Of a stretch of DNA of 64,000 nt, positions 19,919 through 27,807 are shown piece after piece. How positions within the stretch are numbered: the first letter of the stretch is position 1; each line of letters begins with the position of its first letter. The stretch spans positions 28,839-92,838 of the forward strand of contig JAABUA010000002.1 of NCBI GenBank assembly GCA_011389515.1, written 5' to 3'. The position numbers were made by a program, and so were the translations under genes. This DNA is from Desulfobacteraceae bacterium. Its GTDB lineage: Bacteria; Desulfobacterota; Desulfobacteria; Desulfobacterales; Desulfosalsimonadaceae. Under the pieces are notes generated by a model, which saw nothing but the letters and a program-made list of their open reading frames with translations, did not search any database and had not been told where the DNA came from.

Positions 19919-22283
19919 CGGCGTGCTTCTTGATTTTTTCCTGGTTCATGCGCATGTCCATGAGTCTGGTTTTGCCCAGAACAAATCCGATCACGGTAAG
20001 CCTTTTTCCCGTTTCTTCATCGCTTTTCCGTTTGTATTCCGCTTCGAGCAGGTCGCCGCGCACATCCGTGTCAAAGCCGTATCTTTCAAGAACGATCCGA
20101 ATGGCTTCAAGGCGCATCAGCTTCTGGGACGCTTCTGCGCCGCCCCCCTTGAAGCTGAACTGGATGTAATTTTGTTCCGCTTCCCTGCAAAGCATTGCGT
20201 CCACAACCACAAAATGGTACCCAAAACGGATAAGGGCATGCATGTAATCTTCGGCCAGCAGGCCATAACTGCTGAGAAGGGCGGACTTCTCGGGAGAAAA
20301 CACCCCGGCGCTTACTTTGTCAAACGCTTCCCAGTCAAAATGTTTCATATTCGGGTCCCATTCGATTTTCTCGTGCCCCAGTCCGGAAAACATGGCCCGA
20401 AAAGGCTTGCACGTGACGTCCTCCATGGCGACCCGGGGTCTTTCATCCCCCCTTTCGGTCAGCCCCTTTTCCAGGTTCAGCACGCGAAAGACCAGGGGAA
20501 TGTCCAGGTCGAGTACCTTGGATTGGTAAAGGCCCCTACCTTTGCGATCCGTCATGGAGAACATCTCCCGAACCCCCATTTCATGGGTGAACCGTATCAG
20601 ATCGTGCATGGATCGGCAGTTTTGGGGGACAAAACCTTCTGACTGGGCATCCGTGAGATTCAGGCTGGAAACCGTTTCCAGAATATTGTTCATTTTTTCC
20701 GTGAGCCATGTCTTTTTTTTGCCGGAAAACTGCTTCGCGGTCGAAGCCTTGCCGTCATGAACAAGCCCCCTGTTCCCGTCTATGGTGACCATTTGTCCGT
20801 TTTGAAACGTTTTCACCGCGCCGGTTACATTGATGATGACCGGAACCGAACTTTCCCGTGCAATGGTGGCAAAGTGGCTGGCAGCGCTTCCTTCCTCCGC
20901 AATTACCCCCCCAAGGATTCCCAGTGCCGAGGTCAGCTCGGGATACAGACCGCCGGCCACCACGATGCTTCCCTGGGGAATTTTGGAAGTGTCTTTGTTT
21001 GATTCCAGGGTAAATACGTTCCCGCTGGCTAGTCCCGGACTGGCCCATTCTCCTTTGGCCAGCACCGGAAGATCAACACCGGGAGCCTCGCTGTCCGGCG
21101 TAATGGCCTGCAGCGGCCGGGTCTGGAGCAGCAGGATGTTTTCCGCCGGATCCACCGTCCACTCAATGTCCTGTGGTTTTCCAAATGATTTTTCCAACGC
21201 CAGAGCAAAGTTGAAGAGGTTTTCCATGTACCGGGGGAGTCCGGAAGAAACATCAACGCCCTTTTTTTTGTCAATAAAAATTTCTTTTGCTTTCTTCTCT
21301 CCGCTGACCAGCTTGTCGCCAAGACCGGCAACAATATACACCCCCATTTCATCCTTGTCTTTGATGCCGGATGAATAGACCACCCCGCTTTCCCTGCCAT
21401 CCACCATTTCCAGAACCAAAACGGCCATGGGCAGCAGTTCGTCTGCAAGTCCTTCATGAATCCGGTATGTAATGGCGCGGGGCGTATACTTGCTGGCCAG
21501 GATCTGCTTATAGGCTTCGTATATGTCTTCGGGCCTTACGTGCAGCATGCTTTTATACTGCCCCGCAAAACTCAGGTTGCTGTCTTCACCAAAGGCGCTG
21601 GAGCGAACCGCCAGTTTGGATGCCGAAAGTGTTTTCATCTGTGCATCGATTTCTTTTTGAACGTCATCGGGAATTGTCGTTTTCAAAAAAAGTTCTCTGA
21701 TATCGTTGCATTTTTTCTCAAGGTCTTCAACGGATTCCAGGCAGATCCGGCTTAGTATTTCATTGATTTTTGGGCGAAGCCCGTTGGCAGCAACTACGGT
21801 GTTGAAGGCGCGGGTGGTGATGCAGAAGCCGCCCGGGGTTGGGAAGTCCATCTGCCGGATACGCATGAAATTCCTGGCTTTTCCGCCCAAAAGGGCTTCT
21901 TCCGGCTCCCGGCGTAAATCTTTCTCCAGACCCAGGACAAAAGGGGGCGCTGTATCCGGAGCATCCATGCGCAAGGCAAAATCAAGATAAAATGACACTT
22001 TTTTATGATAGTCCCGCAGCCCCCTGTAGCGCAGGGGGTTCAAGGCGATGAGGCTCTTGATGAGATTGCCGACGCCCCGGTCCAGTTCATGGCAAAGCCT
22101 TACCACCCGGGCATAATCGCAAAGGCGGCGCCGGTAATGGACCTCTTCGATCTCGGCCATTTTTTCCAGGCAATAGCGGTCAAGGGCCAGCAAATCTCTG
22201 AAATATTGATATTTTTTGCGAAGAAGCGTGCCCGGTGCAAATAACTGCCTGGACCAGTAGCTGAAGAGTTGGTTCATCCACAT
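19878..22283 (-). CDS. PEP-synthase/PPDK-like dikinase (ATP-grasp PEP/pyruvate-binding domain plus phosphohistidine swivel domain) with an unrecognised C-terminal domain
   Basis: LLGGKARNFMRIRQ...SSAFGEDSNLSFAGQYKS... is the PPDK_N-type nucleotide domain. GGVIAEEGSAASHFATIARESSVPVI is the swivel domain with the catalytic His. The last 290 aa or so do not resemble the PEP-utilizer TIM barrel. Confidence 0.75.
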   Translation of the reverse strand: MWMNQLFSYWSRQLFAPGTLLRKKYQYFRDLLALDRYCLEKMAEIEEVHYRRRLCDYARVVRLCHELDRGVGNLIKSLIALNPLRYRGLRDYHKKVSFYLDFALRMDAPDTAPPFVLGLEKDLRREPEEALLGGKARNFMRIRQMDFPTPGGFCITTRAFNTVVAANGLRPKINEILSRICLESVEDLEKKCNDIRELFLKTTIPDDVQKEIDAQMKTLSASKLAVRSSAFGEDSNLSFAGQYKSMLHVRPEDIYEAYKQILASKYTPRAITYRIHEGLADELLPMAVLVLEMVDGRESGVVYSSGIKDKDEMGVYIVAGLGDKLVSGEKKAKEIFIDKKKGVDVSSGLPRYMENLFNFALALEKSFGKPQDIEWTVDPAENILLLQTRPLQAITPDSEAPGVDLPVLAKGEWASPGLASGNVFTLESNKDTSKIPQGSIVVAGGLYPELTSALGILGGVIAEEGSAASHFATIARESSVPVIINVTGAVKTFQNGQMVTIDGNRGLVHDGKASTAKQFSGKKKTWLTEKMNNILETVSSLNLTDAQSEGFVPQNCRSMHDLIRFTHEMGVREMFSMTDRKGRGLYQSKVLDLDIPLVFRVLNLEKGLTERGDERPRVAMEDVTCKPFRAMFSGLGHEKIEWDPNMKHFDWEAFDKVSAGVFSPEKSALLSSYGLLAEDYMHALIRFGYHFVVVDAMLCREAEQNYIQFSFKGGGAEASQKLMRLEAIRIVLERYGFDTDVRGDLLEAEYKRKSDEETGKRLTVIGFVLGKTRLMDMRMNQEKIKKHADAFIREIDEILAV

Positions 22284-22288
22284 GATGG

Positions 22289-22660
22289 TTAGCCCGACGA
22301 TTTCCGGGATAAAACTTTTTCCACCTTCTCCTCGAGTTCATAGATGTCAATGGGCTTTACCAGATACTCATCCGCGCCAAGTTCGAGACATTTCTGGGCG
22401 GTTTCAATGGTCGGGAAACCCGTGAGCATGATCGCCTTTATTGCCGGAGATATTTTTTTCGCTTCCTCCAGGACGTCTACGCCGCTCAGTTTTTTGAGCT
22501 TGATGTCGAGGATGGCCAGGTCGATCGGCTCCTTTTTTATAAATGACAAAAAGTCCTCTTCCTCGGTAAACGGATGCACCGTGTGCCCCTTTCTTTTGAG
22601 GATTCTCTGGATCAGGATGCCTTCGTCATAAACATCATCAAGCGCGGCAATGGTTGCCAT
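22289..22660 (-). CDS. Single-domain response regulator (REC only)
   Basis: Start trimmed to ATG 22660 (GGAGGA RBS). IAALDDVYDE, LAILDIKL (acceptor Asp), IMLTG and YLVKP motifs. Its stop is 5 nt from the dikinase start. Confidence 0.8.
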   Translation of the reverse strand: MATIAALDDVYDEGILIQRILKRKGHTVHPFTEEEDFLSFIKKEPIDLAILDIKLKKLSGVDVLEEAKKISPAIKAIMLTGFPTIETAQKCLELGADEYLVKPIDIYELEEKVEKVLSRKSSG

Positions 22661-22698
22661 TTGTTTCCTCCGGTTATTTTTTTGTGGTTCCCAAGTGA

Positions 22699-22856
22699 GA
22701 CGACTTCCTAAAAAGTAACAAGATACGTAACAGATGGCTAAGTTAAAAGTTCCATATACAAGGCGTATCAATTTTTCATGCGCGAAGGCATACATGTAGT
22801 ATGTTGAGCGGATGAAAAATTGTTACAACGCAGTAGATGGTACTTTTTACGACGCC
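22699..22856. repeat. Degenerate copy (E) of the structured intergenic repeat
   Basis: Left GACGACTTCCTAAAAAGTAACAAGATACGTAAC and right GTTACAACGCAGTAGATGGTACTTTTTACGACGCC are diverged inverted versions of the GACGACTCCGTAAAAAGTCCAATATCTGCGTTAC arm. The right end overlaps the stop codon of the kinase gene. Confidence 0.6.
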
Positions 22857-24886
22857 TTCAAGGGAAGTTCAATAACAAAAACCGCACCCGGACCGAGATC
22901 CGCTGATTGGGGAAAGTCTTCAGGAAGGTATTCCCTTGGGGGTGGGCTCAGGGCGGATACGCTTCCGCCATGCTCCTGAATAATTCCGAATGAGACCGAA
23001 AGTCCCAGTCCTGTGCCTTTGCCCACCTGCTTGGTGGTAAAGAAGGGGTCGAATATCTTTCTCAAGTGTTCTTCTTTTATACCTTTGCCCGTATCGGCAA
23101 TACTCACCACTACCCGTTGCCTGTGGGCGCATAGCTTGGATTCGACATAAATTTCCCCGTTTTGGCCAATGGCGTCGGCGGCGTTGTTGAGCAGGTTGAG
23201 CCAGACCTGCTTGAGTTTTTCCCGGTCGCCGGTCAGGGGAGGGATGTTTTCATCTGCGGAGAACCGCATCTGGATATGATTTAAAAAAAAGATCTGCTCC
23301 ACCAGTTTAATGACCTCCCGGAGGGATTCATTGATATCCACGGTCTCGCTCGCGGATTCGGAATACCTGGAAAAGCTGAGAAGGTCAGCAACAATCTTGC
23401 GGCAGATCCGGGTCTGTTTTTCTATTATTTTCAGGTCATCTATTCGATTTTCATCCGTGATATCTTCCATCAGCAGCTGCGTATAACCAAGAATGATCCC
23501 CAGCGGAGTGTTGATTTCATGCGCTACGCCGCCGGCTAGTCGGCCCAGATCCTCCATTTTCTGGGATTGAATCAGCTGTTCCTGGTATTTTTTGAGTATG
23601 GAAATATCGCGTGCCGTAAGGAGAAGTCCGATAATGCTCCCATCCTGGTCATAGACCGGGATCTTGATGACATGAAGCGTTTTCTGCTCTTCATGCCGCC
23701 TGACGGTTATCTGCTTGGAAAGCGGTTGGCCGGAAAGAAGGATTTGTTTGTCTTCATGAAAATTCAGATCCGCCTGGTGTTCGGAAAAGATTTGAAAATC
23801 GGTTTTGCCGATAATGGCTTCTTCCGTGAGAGTAAGATAATCGCAAAAGGCCTTGCTTGCAGCCTGATAGGTCAGGTTCCGGTCCTGCAGGGTAATGAAG
23901 TCAGGGGTCACATCCATGATGGTTTTCAGCAGGCTCTGCTGCCTTGCAATGGTTTTTTCCCGCTGGGTGAGCTCTTCAATGTGCGTTTTCAGCGTGATGG
24001 CCATTACGTCAAAGGCTTCTGCAAGCTCCTGGACTTCGTCGCCGAAGTTGCGCCGGTAAACGGGGCAACTTCGGCATGCACCTATTTTATAGGGGTATTC
24101 CAGCCCGTTGCAGTTGGGGCACAATGTCCCCGGCAGGTGCCAGCAGCGCCTCTGGGTGTCCCCATAAGCCGGACATTCCCTGCGGTTGCAGGCCATGATG
24201 TCCCAGCAGTTTTTATCCAGCGTAACGCCTGCCTGGACATCAAGATTCCCCTCGATCATCGCTTCCGCCGATTTTCGCAGCCGGTTCAAGCGAATGGTTA
24301 CGGTATGGGCAAACCACAGGGCCAGAATGATACCCAAACCCACTATGCCCATTGTGCTGAAAAGGCTCGTCTGCCGCTGGCGGTGAATCTGGGCGTCCAT
24401 TTCCTGCCGGGACAGGCCGAGTCTTACCGTACCGAGGTTTCTTTCCCCTAAGACGACTTTGGCGCTGAAGTCATAGATAAATCCCTGTTCGGTTGACAAA
24501 AGAAGCGGCTGCTGCTCTTCTCCGCTGCGGTTGACCCGGAGAAGATCCGTGGGGAAGCCCCCGGAAAAAGAATGGGACAGAACATTATCACTGGCATCCG
24601 TCAGAAAGACATAGACCACATCGTCATATTGATTATACACATTGTCGATGAGGTTTTTCATGTGCAGGAAATCCATGGCCAGGATCGGTTCGGCCATGCG
24701 AACGGCCAGGCCGGAGGTAAGGGCCATGCCTCTTTTCTTCCCTTCCTCCAAAAGGGCTTCCGATGACATGTTGGACAGGATGACCGTTATGCCAAGCCCG
24801 CAAAACACCAGCATGACGGTAACGCCAAGGGTGATTTTGGTCTTCAGTTTGAGACCGCGGAAAACATTTGGGAAAAGTTCAGTCAA
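22847..24886 (-). CDS. Sensor histidine kinase: TM, periplasmic domain, TM, HAMP with Cys-rich insertion, PAS, HisKA, HATPase
   Basis: H-box GGVAHEINTPL; N/G boxes LLNNAADA, DTGKGI, GTGLGLS; PAS-like region; 10-Cys segment NCWDIMACNRRECPAY...RRCWHLPGTLCPNCN...ACRSCP. TTG start overlaps the upstream stop by 8 nt. Confidence 0.88.
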   Translation of the reverse strand: MTELFPNVFRGLKLKTKITLGVTVMLVFCGLGITVILSNMSSEALLEEGKKRGMALTSGLAVRMAEPILAMDFLHMKNLIDNVYNQYDDVVYVFLTDASDNVLSHSFSGGFPTDLLRVNRSGEEQQPLLLSTEQGFIYDFSAKVVLGERNLGTVRLGLSRQEMDAQIHRQRQTSLFSTMGIVGLGIILALWFAHTVTIRLNRLRKSAEAMIEGNLDVQAGVTLDKNCWDIMACNRRECPAYGDTQRRCWHLPGTLCPNCNGLEYPYKIGACRSCPVYRRNFGDEVQELAEAFDVMAITLKTHIEELTQREKTIARQQSLLKTIMDVTPDFITLQDRNLTYQAASKAFCDYLTLTEEAIIGKTDFQIFSEHQADLNFHEDKQILLSGQPLSKQITVRRHEEQKTLHVIKIPVYDQDGSIIGLLLTARDISILKKYQEQLIQSQKMEDLGRLAGGVAHEINTPLGIILGYTQLLMEDITDENRIDDLKIIEKQTRICRKIVADLLSFSRYSESASETVDINESLREVIKLVEQIFFLNHIQMRFSADENIPPLTGDREKLKQVWLNLLNNAADAIGQNGEIYVESKLCAHRQRVVVSIADTGKGIKEEHLRKIFDPFFTTKQVGKGTGLGLSVSFGIIQEHGGSVSALSPPPREYLPEDFPQSADLGPGAVFVIELPLKAS

Positions 24887-25799
24887 GGTCCAGTCCTGCT
24901 TTTTTGCTCAATTCCCGTATGGGATCGAAATCCTGGTCATCGGAAGGGACAAAACCGATAAACCGGGCAGCGTCAAGGATGTCTCTGTGCAGGGGATTGT
25001 CATGATAGTCAAGCGCAAGCATGGCCTCCCGGATTTGCCGTACTACCTCTTCCGGAAGTCTGGGGCTGTGCGCATACACCCAGCCCGGATACCACCGGGT
25101 ATTATCGATGACCTTGATCTGGTCGATATCGATTTTGTCCTCCACGACGCGAAGTGATCCTTCCCTGATGGATCCGATTTCGTGAAGTCCGGCATATACG
25201 CCCAGGATAACATTTTCCTGCCTGCCGCCGGCAAAGACCACCTCTTTGAAATCCTCCAGGTAAAGCCCGTGGTCAAAAAAATGCCCCAACGGAAAAAGGT
25301 ACCCCCCTGCTGACGAAGGATCAACCGCCACCCAGGATTTGTTCCGGCAGTCCTGGATGGTCATGACTTCCCTGTTGTCCCTGCGGGCAATGATCTGCCC
25401 CCGGAATTCAGCCCTGCCGTCCTGCTCGATGATTCTCGTCATGGCAAGAGCCCCGTATCCGTTGGCCAGCTTTACATAGACGAACGGATTGGAATAGGAG
25501 ATGTCGATCTTGCCCTGGGCGAACATATTGATATGATCATCAAAAGTGTCCGGAAAGACCTGCCTGATGGACAGCCCGGTCTGCTCGGACAGGTACTCCA
25601 CCAGCCGGTGGTGGCGCTGGAAGGACTCGGTGTGGGAATACTGGGGAAGATACGCATAGGTCAGGGCCGGGACCTGCGCCCTGAAAGAGATTTCTTCGCG
25701 TTTGTCCAATGATACCGAGACTGCATCCCCACCCTCTCCGCAGGAAAATAAAGCGAGCGGCACTAGAAACAGGATGAGGCAAATGATTTTTTGGGGCAT
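24879..25799 (-). CDS. PhnD-like periplasmic solute-binding lipoprotein (phosphonate-bd family), probable co-sensor
   Basis: Start trimmed to ATG 25799. Lipobox LALFSCG. NMFAQGKIDISYSNPFVYV, FRGQIIARRDN and DPSSAGGYLFPLGHF are PhnD-family-like. No ABC permease or ATPase gene is nearby. Confidence 0.7.
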   Translation of the reverse strand: MPQKIICLILFLVPLALFSCGEGGDAVSVSLDKREEISFRAQVPALTYAYLPQYSHTESFQRHHRLVEYLSEQTGLSIRQVFPDTFDDHINMFAQGKIDISYSNPFVYVKLANGYGALAMTRIIEQDGRAEFRGQIIARRDNREVMTIQDCRNKSWVAVDPSSAGGYLFPLGHFFDHGLYLEDFKEVVFAGGRQENVILGVYAGLHEIGSIREGSLRVVEDKIDIDQIKVIDNTRWYPGWVYAHSPRLPEEVVRQIREAMLALDYHDNPLHRDILDAARFIGFVPSDDQDFDPIRELSKKAGLDLD

Positions 25800-25812
25800 A
25801 AGGATCGTCTGG

Positions 25813-26250
25813 TTATAAGGGATTATGCTCTGCGGGTTTGTCTTCACAACCGGGTTGACCCCGTTTTTCCGCCGCTTCCCGGATCTTTTCGACAAGTTCC
25901 ATGAGCTCGCAGGGTTTCATCAGATAATCGTAGGCGCCGGCCTCGATTCCCTGTTTGGCGGCGGTGGCGGAGCCATGCCCTGTCAGCATGATCACCTCCA
26001 TTTTGGGGTCCATCCGCTTGAAAATTTTCAAGACCTCGATGCCGTCCATGTCCTCCATTTTGAGATCGAGAACGGCCACGTCAAATTCTTTCTCCCGCAT
26101 GGCCTGGAGCGCACCGGTGCCGCTGTATGTTTTGGTCGCATCGATACCTCGCCGATTCAGCCTGTTTGCCAGCACATTGACATACTCCTCTTCATCATCC
26201 ACCAGGAGCAGCCGTATTCTTTCATCGGCATCATTGTTTTTATCGTCCAT
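25813..26250 (-). CDS. Single-domain response regulator (REC only)
   Basis: Start trimmed to ATG 26250 (AAGGA RBS). LLLVDDEEEY, VAVLDLKMEDMDG, VIMLTGHG and YLMKP motifs. Confidence 0.85.
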   Translation of the reverse strand: MDDKNNDADERIRLLLVDDEEEYVNVLANRLNRRGIDATKTYSGTGALQAMREKEFDVAVLDLKMEDMDGIEVLKIFKRMDPKMEVIMLTGHGSATAAKQGIEAGAYDYLMKPCELMELVEKIREAAEKRGQPGCEDKPAEHNPL

Positions 26251-26406
26251 GAAAAGTCCTTGCATGTATGTATTGCACGCAGTTTGCGGCCGTTTCTTGC
26301 GCAGCATGTCGTTTTGTCAACAAAATATTTGTTTTTAATGCCTTTTGTCAATTGAAAACGGCTCCTTTGAAAACAGCCCCCGGCGATTTGCCGGCCCGGG
26401 CGGTTA

Positions 26407-27807
26407 TCATTGTCCGGGCCGATTCCCCCCGTTATCCACGCCGAGGTCCTTGATTAACCGGTGGAGATACTGACGCTGGATGCCTGCGGTTTCAGCGGCC
26501 TGACTGACGTTGCCGCCGCTTTTTTCGAGCAGCGCCGTGATATATGCCCGGTAGAATTGTTTACGCATCTCCTCCCGCGCTTCTTTAAAAGGCAGGGCGA
26601 ATAGGTCAGGGTCATGGGGCAGGTATTCCCGAAAGCCGACGGTTTCTTCAAGGCAAAGGTCCTGCTTTTCCAGGCGGTCTTCCTGGCAGAAAATCACGCC
26701 CCTTTCGATAATGTTTTCCAATTCGCGAACGTTGCCCGTGTACTGATGTCGCTGCAGCGCATCCATGGCTTCCGGGGAAATCTCCCGGATATTTTTTTTG
26801 TTGATGCGGCTGTATTTTGCAAGAAAATGATAGCTTAAAAGAGGAATGTCTCCGCTTCTTTCCTGTAAGCCTGGCAGGTCAATCCGGATAACGTTGAGAC
26901 GATAATACAGGTCTTCCCGGAAGCGCCTTTCCCGGATGGCATCGGTCAGGTCCTGGTTGGTTGCGGCAATGAAGCGCAGGTCCGCGGTCCTGGTAGTCAC
27001 GCTTCCGACGGGTTTGTATTCCCCATACTGCAGAAGGCGAAGCAGTCTCGTCTGCAAACGGGGATTCAATTCGCCGATTTCATCCAGAAAAAGGGTTCCC
27101 TTGTCGGCTTCTTCCACAACGCCTTTCGCATCTTTATAAGCGCCGGTAAACGCTCCTTTCATATGCCCGAAAAGTTCACTTTCCATGATTTCGGGGGGCA
27201 AGGCGGCGCAGTTGAGCGTGATCATTTTCCCTTCATGCCGGAGGCTGTGCCGGTGGATTGCTTTTGCAACCAGTTCTTTTCCCGTGCCGCTCGCCCCTGT
27301 GATCAGAACCGTTCCCATGGTGGGCGCCACCTGGCGGATACGCGCAATGATATGCTGCATCAAGGGAGAATCCGTAATGATATCTGCAAAATTTTCGGAA
27401 TCGGCCATGGCGGTGCGCAGGCGGCGATTTTCATCTAAAAGGGTATGCCATTGCAACGCTTTTTCCATGGTCACGAGAATCCGTTCCCGCCGGAACGGCT
27501 TGCTGATATAATCGAATGCCCCTTTCCGCGTGGACTCCACGGCGGTGTCGATCGTTGCGTATGCCGTCATAATAACCACCGGAATATCGGGATTGATCGC
27601 CTTTACTCGCTCAAGAACCTGTATTCCATTCATTTTCGGCATTTTGAGATCGGTGATCACCAGGTCGAAAGGACGGGCTTCAAAATCTTCCATGGCTGAA
27701 AACGGATCGTTATGGACCGTGATTTCGTGATCGTTTCCCTCGCTGATAATGCGTTTGAGCAGGCTCAGCATGTCCTTTTCATCATCGATGATCAGAATTT
27801 TCGACAT
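26407..27807 (-). CDS. Sigma-54-dependent response regulator (NtrC family: REC, AAA+, Fis-type HTH)
   Basis: ILIIDDEKD, LVITDLKMPKMNG; Walker A GASGTGKELVA; GAFTGA motif (HMKGAFTGA); C-terminal GNVSQAAETAGIQRQYLHRLIK. Confidence 0.93.
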   Translation of the reverse strand: MSKILIIDDEKDMLSLLKRIISEGNDHEITVHNDPFSAMEDFEARPFDLVITDLKMPKMNGIQVLERVKAINPDIPVVIMTAYATIDTAVESTRKGAFDYISKPFRRERILVTMEKALQWHTLLDENRRLRTAMADSENFADIITDSPLMQHIIARIRQVAPTMGTVLITGASGTGKELVAKAIHRHSLRHEGKMITLNCAALPPEIMESELFGHMKGAFTGAYKDAKGVVEEADKGTLFLDEIGELNPRLQTRLLRLLQYGEYKPVGSVTTRTADLRFIAATNQDLTDAIRERRFREDLYYRLNVIRIDLPGLQERSGDIPLLSYHFLAKYSRINKKNIREISPEAMDALQRHQYTGNVRELENIIERGVIFCQEDRLEKQDLCLEETVGFREYLPHDPDLFALPFKEAREEMRKQFYRAYITALLEKSGGNVSQAAETAGIQRQYLHRLIKDLGVDNGGNRPGQ

